Positions 20,198 to 30,685 of a DNA stretch of 64,000 bases are shown here, one piece after another. The translations under genes and the position numbers were made by a program. This stretch comes from Candidatus Bathyarchaeota archaeon (lineage in GTDB: Archaea; Thermoproteota; Bathyarchaeia; Bathyarchaeales; Bathycorpusculaceae). A model generated the notes under the pieces. The model was not told where the DNA came from. It ran no database searches and saw only the letters and a program-made list of their open reading frames with translations. Every line of letters begins with the position of its first letter. Position 1 is the stretch's first letter. The stretch covers positions 1 through 64,000 of the forward strand of contig CAVTZU010000011.1 of the NCBI GenBank assembly GCA_963739305.1, read 5' to 3'.

Positions 20198-21580
20198 CTA
20201 TTCCTTCTTCTGCTCCCGGTTAATTATCTCCCTAGACGCAATGACGCCTGAAGCCGAAGCCTGCATCAACCCCCTCGTCACTCCTGCCCCGTCTCCAATC
20301 GTGAAAAGGTTATGGACCTTCGTTTCTAAGCATGGACTCAACTGAAGCCTTGACGAGTAGAACTTAACTTCAATGCCGTAAAGCAAGGTGTCACGCGAGT
20401 GCAGTCCAGGAGTAAGCTTGTCCAAGGCCTGCAGCATCTCCCGTATGTCAGCAAGATAACGATATGGTAACACAAAACTCAAGTCGCCAGGTGTAGCGTT
20501 CTTCAGCGTCGGCGTCACTACACTCCGCGCGATTCTTTCGTGAGTTGACCTTCTTCCCGACTCCAAGTCACCCAGCCGCTGCACGATCACGCTTCCGCTC
20601 AACAGGTTCCCGAGTCTAGCGATGTATTTCCCATAGGCAATCGGCTCCTTGAAGGGTTCAGTGAATGAAGTACTTACGAGAATCGCGAAGTTCGTGTTAT
20701 CCGTCTTCCTCTCGGCGTAGCTTTGACCGTTAACAGTCAACACGCCATCATAGGACTCAGTTATTACCTCTCCATGCGGAGCAACACAGAAAGTCCGCAC
20801 TTGATCGTCGAAGGACTTCGAATAGTAAATGAGCTTCGGTTCATACAGAACACGGGTCAAATCCTCCATAACCGAGGCCAGAACCTCAACTCTGACACCG
20901 ATGTCAACGGGGTTGTTAAGCGTCTTCAACCCCAACGCCTGAGCCTCAGTCTGAAGCCACTCCGCCCCGCTCCTTCCCGGAGCAGCGATCACATACTTTG
21001 TAAAATATTTGTTCCCGTCGGTTGTTTCAACACCCTCGACGACGCCATCCTTCAAAATAAGCCCTTTCACATCCGTCCTAGGTTTGAACTCTACCTTGCC
21101 GTTCAATTCCTGACGCATCTTCCGAAGAGTCTCAGCGCACCTTTCCGTGCCCATGTGCCGAATCTTCTGACGGACAAGCTTCAAACCCGCAAGCGAGGCT
21201 TTCCTCTCGATCTCTTCAATCTTCTCTTCATCCCCGCCGTAAGTGTGCTCGGTTGCACCGAACTTTAAATAAATGCTATCCGCGTAATTCACGAGCTCTT
21301 GCAGTTCTCTCACCGAAACGTACTGGTTCAGCCACCCGCCAACCTCCGTAGATAACGTTAGTTTTCCATCACTGAAAGCTCCAGCCCCGCCCCAACCTGA
21401 GAGAACCGTGCAGGGATCACAATTCACACACTCATAACCCCGGCTTGCCGGACACTTGCGTTGGTTAATGTCCTGACCTCGGTCAAGCATGAGTATGCTC
21501 AACTTGGCCTTTTCCGTAAGCTCCAACGCAGAAAATATGCCCGCCGGCCCAGCGCCAACGATTATCACATCGTACTTCAA
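20198..21580 (-). CDS. FAD-dependent oxidoreductase (COG2509-like)
   Basis: GAGPAG; GWGGAGAFSDGKL; IGDGAGVTRGL. Confidence 0.9.
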   Translation of the reverse strand: MKYDVIIVGAGPAGIFSALELTEKAKLSILMLDRGQDINQRKCPASRGYECVNCDPCTVLSGWGGAGAFSDGKLTLSTEVGGWLNQYVSVRELQELVNYADSIYLKFGATEHTYGGDEEKIEEIERKASLAGLKLVRQKIRHMGTERCAETLRKMRQELNGKVEFKPRTDVKGLILKDGVVEGVETTDGNKYFTKYVIAAPGRSGAEWLQTEAQALGLKTLNNPVDIGVRVEVLASVMEDLTRVLYEPKLIYYSKSFDDQVRTFCVAPHGEVITESYDGVLTVNGQSYAERKTDNTNFAILVSTSFTEPFKEPIAYGKYIARLGNLLSGSVIVQRLGDLESGRRSTHERIARSVVTPTLKNATPGDLSFVLPYRYLADIREMLQALDKLTPGLHSRDTLLYGIEVKFYSSRLQLSPCLETKVHNLFTIGDGAGVTRGLMQASASGVIASREIINREQKKE

Positions 21581-21675
21581 CCGGCTTAACTCCTTGAAAC
21601 CCAGAAATAGATAACGTAACTAGGATATATTCCTAGCGAGGACTCCAAAAGGCAAAGTGAACTACGATCTGCCCC

Positions 21676-22020
21676 CTACTCCTCGTGATAAGGCACTAGA
21701 CAGAGAAACTTGACTAGCTTCTTACCCGTGTTCTTGAACTGGTGTCTCTCGTTCGGTGGAACAAAAATCACGTCGCCCGGCTTAAACTTCTTCTCGCCTT
21801 CTTTTCCAACAACGGTTCCTTCGCCCTCCAAGATGAACACCTCATGTTCCCAATCGTGCTTGTGCAGCGGGCTGTGCCCTCCAAGCTGCATCTCAAACAA
21901 CCTCATAGCAAAGTTCGGGGCACCAACATCCTTAGTTATTAGCCATCTCACCTTGAGTTTCGAAGCACCCTCATTCGCTTCCTTTGCTTCAACATCAGTG
22001 TACGGAAAAACACGAACCAT
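21676..22020 (-). CDS. Cupin domain protein
   Basis: HKHDWEHEVFILEG and PPNERHQFKN motifs. Confidence 0.9.
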   Translation of the reverse strand: MVRVFPYTDVEAKEANEGASKLKVRWLITKDVGAPNFAMRLFEMQLGGHSPLHKHDWEHEVFILEGEGTVVGKEGEKKFKPGDVIFVPPNERHQFKNTGKKLVKFLCLVPYHEE

Positions 22021-22051
22021 ACTATTCCCCTCTAACAGCTTCGTTTGCCGA

Positions 22052-22351
22052 CTAGTCCTTTATCGCTTCAAGCAAGCTCATCACGTTCCAGAGCTTAACC
22101 CGCGTGTAAGGCGGCATGTTTGGATCCTGCAAGATCTCATCCATAAGGGAAATCGCGTTTGCAGCTCTCACCGCAGGCGTGTACTCTGCTGATTGCATCG
22201 CGTTCATCGCGTCCTTAGCGGCACGCCTAATGTTTCTAGGCGTAGTGTTGTCCTCAGAAACAGCGCCCAAAACAGCCAACGCCTGTTTGATACGTTCCTC
22301 ATACTCCTCTGCTTTCTTCTTCCGCACCATAATTGCCACCTCGCACAACAT
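22052..22351 (-). CDS. UPF0147 family protein
   Basis: DNTTPRNIRRAA and DPNMPPYTR motifs. Confidence 0.9.
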   Translation of the reverse strand: MLCEVAIMVRKKKAEEYEERIKQALAVLGAVSEDNTTPRNIRRAAKDAMNAMQSAEYTPAVRAANAISLMDEILQDPNMPPYTRVKLWNVMSLLEAIKD

Positions 22352-22406
22352 CGCGATAACCTAGTTATATAGGCTCTGATACCTATCTACTTTGAGGTTT
22401 TAAAGG

Positions 22407-22769
22407 TTGTCCCGAAAAACATCCGACGATTCGCACATCAAACGCATGGCAGATCTGCTGAGACAAGGTGCAACACTCACGCAGCTAGCTTGCCCCGCGT
22501 GCGCTTCACCATTGTTCAGGCTGAAAAACGGAGACCTCTGGTGCGAAAAAGACCAAAAGAAAGTCATAGTAGTGAAGGAAGGAGAGGAACCAAAAGTTGC
22601 TAGATCCGCCGCCCTCGACAGCCTCGAAGCAACCCTAATGGCAAAAATCGAAGAGATCCAAAACAAAATCCAGTGCACAAAAGACCCAAAAGAACTTGAC
22701 AGACTCGGCAAAACCCTCTCTGGACTGCTAGAAAACCTCGAAAGAACCAGAAAAATCAGAAAATCATAG
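22407..22769 (+). CDS. Sjogren/scleroderma autoantigen 1 (UPF0148) zinc-finger protein
   Basis: MADLLRQGATL..ACPACASPLF; divergent from UPF0147. Confidence 0.88.
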   Translation: MSRKTSDDSHIKRMADLLRQGATLTQLACPACASPLFRLKNGDLWCEKDQKKVIVVKEGEEPKVARSAALDSLEATLMAKIEEIQNKIQCTKDPKELDRLGKTLSGLLENLERTRKIRKS

Positions 22770-22784
22770 CTGGAACCGAACGCG

Positions 22785-23294
22785 ATGCTAGGGGTTTACG
22801 ACAATTTTCCAAATTTCGTCCACACAATGGCAGATTTCTCAACAACAATACCTAACAAGAGACTCCAAGACGCGCTCGTCGACGCTCTGTACAAATTGAA
22901 CAACGAAACCCTAACACTAGAAGAAGCCGCGACGCCGTCAATCCCCGAATGCAGAGTGAATTTCGAGTTCGGCATAGCTGAAGGCTGCGAATTCACATAT
23001 ATTGACGATGAAGAGAAGCAGAGAATACAGAAGATAGTAGAAAGAAAACCGTTCTTTACGCTAGATTTTCTCTGCATCATACGCTATCACAAATTAAAGA
23101 ACACGAAGAAAACAACTTTGAAATCAGACCGTTACATCGTCCGCTTCATGTTCTACCAGACAATGCTCCAGATACAAATCTTCCATGAAAAAGGCCTCAT
23201 GTACGTGTCCCCAAAGGACCTGCCTGAATTCTTTGCAAGAAGAATAAGCGCCGAGTCCTCCAAAAAAGCGTTGAAGCTTCAAGAGGAACCTTGA
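22785..23294 (+). CDS. Conserved hypothetical protein
   Basis: Long ORF with host-like codon bias; FEFGIAE and QIFHEKG motifs. Confidence 0.7.
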   Translation: MLGVYDNFPNFVHTMADFSTTIPNKRLQDALVDALYKLNNETLTLEEAATPSIPECRVNFEFGIAEGCEFTYIDDEEKQRIQKIVERKPFFTLDFLCIIRYHKLKNTKKTTLKSDRYIVRFMFYQTMLQIQIFHEKGLMYVSPKDLPEFFARRISAESSKKALKLQEEP

Positions 23295-23897
23295 CCAATT
23301 TTCCCCAAGTGAACCTTCACTAGATTAGCTAGGTCCCTCGCAACTTCTCTTTTCGGCCTATTTCCGTCTATTCTAACAAGCTTGCCCATCTCAACATACT
23401 TCAAGTAAACCTCACGAACCTTCAGTTGGGTCTCAAGGTTCTCCATAACCGACCTCTTCCGCTTCAACCTTCGAATCACGGTTTCAGGTTCCACGTCGAT
23501 GAAAACCGCTAAGTCAGGACGAACGGCGTGTTCGTTGACCTTCTCGATCCAGCCCAAGTCAAGCCCAGCTGCCCCCTGATAAGCCAATGATGAGTAAACA
23601 TATCGATCTGAAACAACGATTTTCCCCTCACCCAGCTGCTGGAAGCACTTCATTCTTCACATGTTCAACGCGGTCTGCAGCGAAAAGCAAAGCTTCAACC
23701 TCGACTGAGCCGCGCTTATCAGCATGGAGATAATTCTTCTTGATGAATCTCCCGATGTCTCCTCTACTGGGCTCACAAGTGTACACCGCACTGCAGGTCC
23801 TCTTCAATCGTCTAACAAGCAATTTCGCCTGCGTGGTCTTTCCACACCCGTCAAGCCCCTCGACACAGATGAAGACTCCACGACCCATACTCTTCAA
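23279..23897 (-). CDS. tmk: Thymidylate kinase, single frameshift near 23636
   Basis: EGLDGCGKTTQ and LLFAADR, then SDRYVYSSLAYQG in the next frame. Confidence 0.9.
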
Positions 23898-24085
23898 CGT
23901 CCCTTGACCTGAAGTTGAGCATTATGAAACTAGAGCTATAACTGTCTTTCACCCAACCCTGCGTTGACCCTTTCTTCATAAACTTTGAAAAAACAAAGCA
24001 GGCTGAAGGCAAGTTCGCATTACATTAGACGTTATAAGACGAAACTGCAATACAGAATATCAAAACCGAAAGGAGAAGCCCATTT

Positions 24086-25366
24086 ATGCCAAAAGAATAC
24101 TGGGGCGAAATCAAAGACCCAGTCCACGGGTACGTGTACATAACACAGGAAGAGAAAGCAATAGTCGATTCCTACGCCGTACAAAGACTCCACAGGCTTA
24201 GACAACTCGCAGGCGCAGAATACGTTTATCCAGGAGCCAACCACACACGGTTCGAACATTCAATAGGCGTCATGTACCTAGCAGGCAAAGTTGTCAGCAA
24301 CCCCAACCTATCAAAGTACATCAGCGAAGACGAGGCAGAAACAGAGAGAATCGCCGCACTACTTCATGATGTTGGACACGGACCCTTTTCACACGTGTTC
24401 GAATATTTGTTAACCAAAGATCTCGACAAGACACACGAAGACCTAACCACATGGGTGATCCAGAAAAGCGAGCTGAGCGACATCATAAAGAAGATAGGCT
24501 GTGATCCACGCGAGATCGGGAAGCTCGCGGTTGGAAAGCTGCAAAAACCGAAAAAAGCTTTTCTCGACCAGATAATAAGCAGCACAATCGACGTGGACAA
24601 ACAAGACTTCATCGTCCGAGACACATACCACACGGGCGCAGAATACGGATACATCGACATCTTCCGGCTGATACACACGTTGGATATCCTCGGCGAAAAC
24701 CTGGCAGTCGAAGTTGGAGCACTTTCAGCTTTAGAATCCCTCCTGATAGCCCGCATAGAATCGTTCAAAAGCATCTACTTCCACCGAGTCGGCAGAGCTG
24801 CACAAATCATGCTTGCAACAGCCATGGACAAAGCCAACGAAGAACTGGGCTTGACACGCTTTAAAACTCCAGAACAATACCTCGCCTTGGACGACTACAC
24901 CGTCTATACCATGCTGAAGAACTCCAAGAAATCCAGAAAAATCATAGAAGACCTGGAAAACCGAAGAATGCTCAAATGCGCATATGAAAAAACGTTCTAT
25001 GAAAAGGACACCATGGTTTCCAACATCTTCAGCCGCGAAACCTATAGGAGACAACTTCAATCAGAGATTGCAGAAGAAGCGAACGTTGAGACAGAAATGG
25101 TCACGATCGACGTACCGACAGTCCCATCTGTCCCCTACGAACACTCGGTTCTAACTGAAAACATGGAAATCACGGCGTTCTACAGGACGCCTGAAGGAAA
25201 GAAAATCCCCCAACGACTAAGCGAGATCTCGAAAATCTTCGATACACTCAGAGGCTTCATGAACATACTCCGCGTCTACACACCGCAAGAACAACGCGAA
25301 AGCGTCAGCAAAGCAGCAGAAAAAATCCTAGGAAGAATCCCCTCATCAGCCAAAATATCCTACTGA
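24086..25366 (+). CDS. HD-domain dNTP triphosphohydrolase (SAMHD1/dGTPase-like)
   Basis: DPVHG, RLRQL, HTRFEHSIG, LLHDVGHGPFSH, DVDKQDFIVRD. Confidence 0.92.
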   Translation: MPKEYWGEIKDPVHGYVYITQEEKAIVDSYAVQRLHRLRQLAGAEYVYPGANHTRFEHSIGVMYLAGKVVSNPNLSKYISEDEAETERIAALLHDVGHGPFSHVFEYLLTKDLDKTHEDLTTWVIQKSELSDIIKKIGCDPREIGKLAVGKLQKPKKAFLDQIISSTIDVDKQDFIVRDTYHTGAEYGYIDIFRLIHTLDILGENLAVEVGALSALESLLIARIESFKSIYFHRVGRAAQIMLATAMDKANEELGLTRFKTPEQYLALDDYTVYTMLKNSKKSRKIIEDLENRRMLKCAYEKTFYEKDTMVSNIFSRETYRRQLQSEIAEEANVETEMVTIDVPTVPSVPYEHSVLTENMEITAFYRTPEGKKIPQRLSEISKIFDTLRGFMNILRVYTPQEQRESVSKAAEKILGRIPSSAKISY

Positions 25367-25377
25367 AGGACGAACAA

Positions 25378-25791
25378 ATGCAGCAAAAAACGCTGAAAGG
25401 ACGAGTCATCGTCGAAGGCCACTGCCAAGCAGAAGCATTAGTCAGCTCCAAACCGATCAGTTTCCTCGGCGGCGTCGACCCGGCAGACGGAAAGATAATC
25501 GAAAAAAACCACGATCTGTGTGGTCTATGCATCAAGGACAAGGTCCTGTGTTTTCCACACGGACACGGATCAACCGTAGGAAGCTACGTCCTCTACTCTT
25601 TGGCAAAGAAAGGACTCGCCCCGAAAGCAATAATCAACCAAACAGCCGACCCCGTCGTTGTCGTGGGCGCAATAATCGCAAATGTCCCCATGATTGATCA
25701 AATAGACATCAGAGAAATCAGAACCGGAGACATCGTAGACGTCGATGCCTGCAAAGGTTCAGCAACGATATTGAAACGAAAGGAGAACTAA
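25378..25791 (+). CDS. Aconitase X swivel subunit (phosphomevalonate dehydratase small subunit-like)
   Basis: ISFLGGVDP and GSTVGSYVLY motifs. Confidence 0.88.
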   Translation: MQQKTLKGRVIVEGHCQAEALVSSKPISFLGGVDPADGKIIEKNHDLCGLCIKDKVLCFPHGHGSTVGSYVLYSLAKKGLAPKAIINQTADPVVVVGAIIANVPMIDQIDIREIRTGDIVDVDACKGSATILKRKEN

Positions 25792-25798
25792 CCTACCC

Positions 25799-26965
25799 AT
25801 GCACCTAACGAAAGAAGAAGAACGCATACTCAACGGCGCACACGGATGGGCAGAGCAAACATGCATGAAAATACTCGTTCGCCTAGGCGAACTGTTCAAC
25901 GCTGAAAAACTGATACCGATAACCTCAGCACACGTCTCAGGAATCTCCTACAAAACACTCGGTGACGCACCAATACAATACCTGAAAGCACTAGCAGACG
26001 CAGAAGCAAAAGTAAAAGTGAAAACCACACTCAACCCACAAAGCCTCGACCCAAAATACCTCATTAACAAGCTCCCAAACGAACTGCAGAAGAAACAGCT
26101 CTCAATACTAAAACAGTTCAACAGAATGGGCCTGACCGAATCCTTGACCTGCACCCCCTACTACTTGAGCAAATTAAAACGTGGCTCTCACATGGCATGG
26201 GCCGAATCCTCAGCTGTCGTATACGCCAACTCCGTTCTCAAAGCATGGACAAACCGCGAAGGCGGACCGAGCGCGCTCGCAGCAGCTATAATCGGAAAGA
26301 CGCCGGACTATGGCATGCACCGACCTGAGAACCGTCGCCCAAGCACTCTAGTGAACGTTAAAACAAAGCTGAAAAATGAAACTGAATACGGAGCGCTCGG
26401 CATTCACTTGGGCAAACTTTTACGCAACGAGATTCCACTCATTCAAGGACTAGAAAATGACAAGGACAAACTGAAACAGTTGTGCGCTGCGATCGCGACA
26501 ACAGGCATGACGAACATGTTCCAAATCGGTTCAAACTCATCAAAAGCAACCGAAAGGATAAACGTTGAAGCAAAAGACCTGAAGCATACAATCGAAGAAC
26601 TCTCCACAGGTCAAGATAAGAAGCCCGATCTCGTATTCATCGGATGCCCTCACTGCTCAATCAATGAAATGAGAACCGTCGCCCAGACCGTCAAGGGAAA
26701 GAAAGTCAGACCAGGGATCGAGTTTTGGGTCTGCACATCATGTCACGTTAGCGAAGCAGCCAAAGACTCCGTAAGGCAAATAGAGAAAAGCGGAGGTCAC
26801 GTGCTCACGGGTGTCTGCACCGTCGTGTCATTCACAGAAAACCTGGGAATAAAGAACATAATGACCAACTCCGCAAAGACGGCTTACTACGCGCCGACAC
26901 TCAGCAAAGCCGAGGCAACGCTTGCACCCGTCAACCAATGCTTGAAGACAGCGTTAAAGGGATAA
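25799..26965 (+). CDS. Aconitase X catalytic subunit (phosphomevalonate dehydratase large subunit-like)
   Basis: TCTPY, AWAESSAVVYANS, TNREGGP, GCPH, TNSAK motifs. Confidence 0.9.
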   Translation: MHLTKEEERILNGAHGWAEQTCMKILVRLGELFNAEKLIPITSAHVSGISYKTLGDAPIQYLKALADAEAKVKVKTTLNPQSLDPKYLINKLPNELQKKQLSILKQFNRMGLTESLTCTPYYLSKLKRGSHMAWAESSAVVYANSVLKAWTNREGGPSALAAAIIGKTPDYGMHRPENRRPSTLVNVKTKLKNETEYGALGIHLGKLLRNEIPLIQGLENDKDKLKQLCAAIATTGMTNMFQIGSNSSKATERINVEAKDLKHTIEELSTGQDKKPDLVFIGCPHCSINEMRTVAQTVKGKKVRPGIEFWVCTSCHVSEAAKDSVRQIEKSGGHVLTGVCTVVSFTENLGIKNIMTNSAKTAYYAPTLSKAEATLAPVNQCLKTALKG

Positions 26966-27014
26966 CCTTTATTCAGTTGAAGAAATATTCTGCATGTCGC
27001 ATCGGGCTATTAGG

Positions 27015-27092
27015 GCTCCGGTAGTATAGCCCGGTTAAGTATTCCGGCCTTTCGAGCCGGAGACCCGGGTCCGAATCCCGGCCGGAGCACCA
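27015..27092 (+). tRNA. tRNA-Glu(UUC), CCA encoded
   Basis: Acceptor GCTCCGG/CCGGAGC; anticodon arm CCGGC-CTTTCGA-GCCGG; T arm CCGGG-TCCGAAT-CCCGG. Confidence 0.95.
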
Positions 27093-27167
27093 CAAGAATC
27101 TTGCGTTCATTCCACGCTCACTGTAATGCTGAGCGCACACTAGATATTCACAACCAGGAGCGAACTC

Positions 27168-27566
27168 GTGAAGAAAGTGTATGTTTGCGGAAGCTTCAGG
27201 TTCACCAATGAGATTGAAAACGTGGAAAGATTACTAGACAAAAACGGCATTGAACACCACGTTTCAAAAACGATGAACAACAGCGGAATTCTAGGTTGCT
27301 TAAAGAAAATCGATGAAGCAGACGTGATCTACGTTGTCGACCCAGAAGGCTACGTTGGCAAAAGCGTCTCCGTCGACATAGGATACGCTTATGCAAAAGA
27401 AAAGTCAGTATATGCCATGTGCCCAATAGCTGACCCGCCCCTGAAGGGTCTGATAAGCCGCATCTTGTCTCCGAAAGAGCTGATTGACCTACTTGAAAGA
27501 GATACTCACGTTCGAACACAACGAGTTCCGACCGACAAATCACCGCATACAATTCGTGAAGACTGA
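27168..27566 (+). CDS. Nucleoside 2-deoxyribosyltransferase-like protein
   Basis: VYVCGSFRF, KIDEADVIYVV, GYVGKSVSVDIGYAYAKEK pattern. Confidence 0.7.
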   Translation: MKKVYVCGSFRFTNEIENVERLLDKNGIEHHVSKTMNNSGILGCLKKIDEADVIYVVDPEGYVGKSVSVDIGYAYAKEKSVYAMCPIADPPLKGLISRILSPKELIDLLERDTHVRTQRVPTDKSPHTIRED

Positions 27567-27722
27567 GTGACAAGAGACGCACACAGCGAGTGGCAAGTGG
27601 CAACGGCTGTTCCTTCCAAGTCTAACCCTATTTGCTCGACCATGAACAGTTGTCTTCTCGGTTTATTTGGCCGAATCCGAAATTGTTAAAAGCCTGCGTT
27701 ACAAATCAACCGAAGGATTCTC

Positions 27723-28919
27723 ATGATGACCAATCGAAAATACCTTTTCACCTCTGAATCGGTCGCAGAGGGTCACCCCGACAAGGTTGCAGATCAAATT
27801 TCAGACGCCGTGCTGGACACGGTTTTGGAGAAGGACCCCAAGGCAAGAGTCGACTGCGAAACACTGGTAATGCAGGGAAACGTCATCGTCACAGGCCAAA
27901 TAACAACAAACTGCTACGTCGACATACCACACATCGTCAGAAACACGTTGAAAGAAATCGGGTTAGACAACGCTAGAGACGGAATGGACTGGGAAACCTG
28001 CGGCGTCCTCGTATCCATAACGGAACAATCCCCGGACATTGCAGTGGGAGTAAATGAAACCGAAGGCCACGAACAGGGAGCCGGAGACCAAGGAATGGTA
28101 TTTGGCTACGCAACAAACGAGACTAAAGAACTGATGCCCCTACCAATAATGCTCGCACACAACCTAGTCAGAAGACTATCTCAATGCAGGAAAAGCAAAA
28201 TCCTGCCCTACCTGAGACCCGACGGCAAATCCCAAGTTACAGTCGAGTATGTCGATGGAAAACCAAAAAGAGTCGACGCAATAGTAATAGCAGCACAACA
28301 CATCGACAAAATCAACAGGAAAAAAATGAAAGAAGACATCATAAATCACGTCATCAAAAAAGTCATCCCGGCAAACATGCTGGACGAAAAAACAAGATAC
28401 TACGTTAATGAAACAGGAAGATTCGTCATCGGCGGAACCCTCGCAGACTCAGGCCTAACCGGAAGAAAAATCATCGTCGACACCTACGGCGGCGTTGGAA
28501 GCCACGGAGGAGGCTGCTTCTCCGGAAAAGACCCGTCAAAAGTCGACAGGTCTGGTTGCTACATGGCCCGGTACATCGCAAAAAACGTCGTCGCCGCCGG
28601 CCTAGCAGACCAATGCGAAGTCCAAATATCTTACGCCATCGGCGTTGCACAACCGGTTTCCGTGATGCTGAACACCTTTGGCACCGGAAAGATCACGGAT
28701 GAAAAGATCTTGGAGCTGGTGAAAAAACAGTTTGACATGAGACCAAAAGCAATCATAGATCAACTAAAACTGCTCAGACCAATTTACAAAAAGACAGCTG
28801 TTTTCGGCCATTTTGGAAGAAATGACCCTGACTTCACGTGGGAAAACACCGACAAAGCCGAGATCCTCAGAAAGTCCGCGCAACTGGAAAACGATCGAGA
28901 AGATAAGGTCAAACACTGA
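27723..28919 (+). CDS. metK: S-adenosylmethionine synthetase, bacterial/eukaryotic type
   Basis: [46 protein letters not shown]. Confidence 0.95.
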   Translation: MMTNRKYLFTSESVAEGHPDKVADQISDAVLDTVLEKDPKARVDCETLVMQGNVIVTGQITTNCYVDIPHIVRNTLKEIGLDNARDGMDWETCGVLVSITEQSPDIAVGVNETEGHEQGAGDQGMVFGYATNETKELMPLPIMLAHNLVRRLSQCRKSKILPYLRPDGKSQVTVEYVDGKPKRVDAIVIAAQHIDKINRKKMKEDIINHVIKKVIPANMLDEKTRYYVNETGRFVIGGTLADSGLTGRKIIVDTYGGVGSHGGGCFSGKDPSKVDRSGCYMARYIAKNVVAAGLADQCEVQISYAIGVAQPVSVMLNTFGTGKITDEKILELVKKQFDMRPKAIIDQLKLLRPIYKKTAVFGHFGRNDPDFTWENTDKAEILRKSAQLENDREDKVKH

Positions 28920-28968
28920 TATAGCTGCTCCAACTATCCGATAGACTTCTAGATGCAGGCGACCATCC

Positions 28969-30505
28969 ATGACAGATAGTTTACCAGCAAGTTACAGAAA
29001 ACTGATGGAAAAGAACAAGGAATTAGCAATCCTACAGTCTACAGAATCAATAATGGGCTGGGACATGGAAACCATGATGCCGCCCAAAGCCATCAAACTT
29101 CGAAGCCAACAGCTCTCCCAGCTAAGCGTCTTAGACCACAAGATGAGCACAAACCCCGAAACAGGAAAACTGCTAGAAAAGATCACACAGCACCCAGACT
29201 ATGACAAACTCACTGCCGTGCAGAAGAGAAACATCTACTTGATAAAGAAACGCTACGACGAACAAACAAAACTCCCTGAAAAACTCGTTGCCGAAACCGC
29301 GAAACAAGAAGCATTAACCGTGGATATATGGAAGAAAGCGAAGGCAGCCAGAAACTTTTCAATGTTCAGATCCGACCTTGAAAAACTCGTCGAACTGAAA
29401 AAGAAAGCCGCTGAGATACTGATGAAAGTGAAAGAAACCAAAACTCCCTACGACGCACTCGTCGACATTTACGAACCCAAAATGACCTCCACAAACATCA
29501 CCAAAGTTTTCGATGAACTCAGAGCTGGCCTAGTTTCACTGCTCAAAAAATGCGAATCGACCCGCAAGCAGCCAGACTCGACAATATTGAAACGCAAGGT
29601 TTCAGTAGAAACGCAGCGCCGAATCGCAAAATCCCTAACAGAATTCGTGGGCTATGATGTCACGAGCAAGACTGCTGGGGGAAGAATAGACGAAACAGAA
29701 CACCCCTTCACGACGGGCTACTATGACGATGTGCGAATAACCACGCATTACTTCGAAAACGAATTCACATCATCAATCTTCTCAGTACTACACGAAGCAG
29801 GCCACGCACTCTACGAACAAAACCTACCGGAAAAATGGATGTACCAACCAGTAGGCAACAGCGTCTCGATGGGCTTCCACGAATCCCAGTCACGCACCGT
29901 GGAAAACATCATTGGAAGATCCAAGGAGTTCTGGACATACTTCCTGCCAAAAATGAAGCATATCCTGGGCACTGAATTTTCAGACCTAAAACTGGACCCG
30001 TTCGTCCACGCGATCAACCGAGTTAAGCCGTCAAAAATTAGAGTCGAATCAGACGAAGTAACTTACTGCATGCACATAATAATCAGGTTCAATCTAGAAC
30101 GCGACCTCTTCGCAAACAAGATATCCGTAAAAGAACTGCCAGAACTGTGGAACCAAAGTTACAAAGAATACCTCGGCGTCAAAATCGAAAATGATTCTGA
30201 AGGAGTTAATGCAGGACACACACTGGGCAAGCGGCTCATTCGGCTACTTCCCAAGTTACGCGCTAGGCAACATCTACAGCGGACAACTACTCGAGGCAAT
30301 GCAAAAAACCGTGCCGACCTGGCGCCTCCAACTCGCGGAGGGCAGCTTTAAAAAAGTGCGAACCTGGCTCGTCAACAACGTTCACTCAAAAGGAGACCTC
30401 TATGACGCGCCAGACCTGCTTAAGAAAATCACTGGAAAAGAACTAAGCGTCCAACCTTACCTAAACTATCTCAACGAAAAGTACTCAAGCCTTTACGGGT
30501 TCTAA
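28969..30505 (+). CDS. Carboxypeptidase Taq (M32), single frameshift near 30209
   Basis: HPFT, HEAGH, HESQS, then MQDTHWASGSFGYFPSYALG in the next frame. Confidence 0.92.
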
Positions 30506-30685
30506 CGTCTCTTTCTTCTTAGAACCAGCTCTAAGAATTTGCAGACCGACATACAAAACAATGCCTAAAACAAACAGGCCAATACCTCCATACCCCGAAA
30601 CAGCATCATAAACGTTGGCACCATACAGAAACAGCGCAACCCCCAAAATCACCAAGACAAGACACAAGATATCTGTCCACGACAT
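30485..30685 (-). CDS. Small two-TM membrane protein
   Basis: Two hydrophobic helices and a basic tail. Confidence 0.65.
   Translation of the reverse strand: MSWTDILCLVLVILGVALFLYGANVYDAVSGYGGIGLFVLGIVLYVGLQILRAGSKKKETLEPVKA

Noticed and set aside
23628-23653. Programmed frameshifting in tmk or the M32 peptidase
   Set aside because: No slippery heptamer at the shift sites; scattered single-base insertions fit sequencing error better.
27567-27722. Possible SAM riboswitch upstream of metK (CAAGAG...GGCAAC)
   Set aside because: The SAM-I core pairings could not be built, and a TATA-like TTAAAA near 27686 implies a short leader. An Infernal search would settle it.
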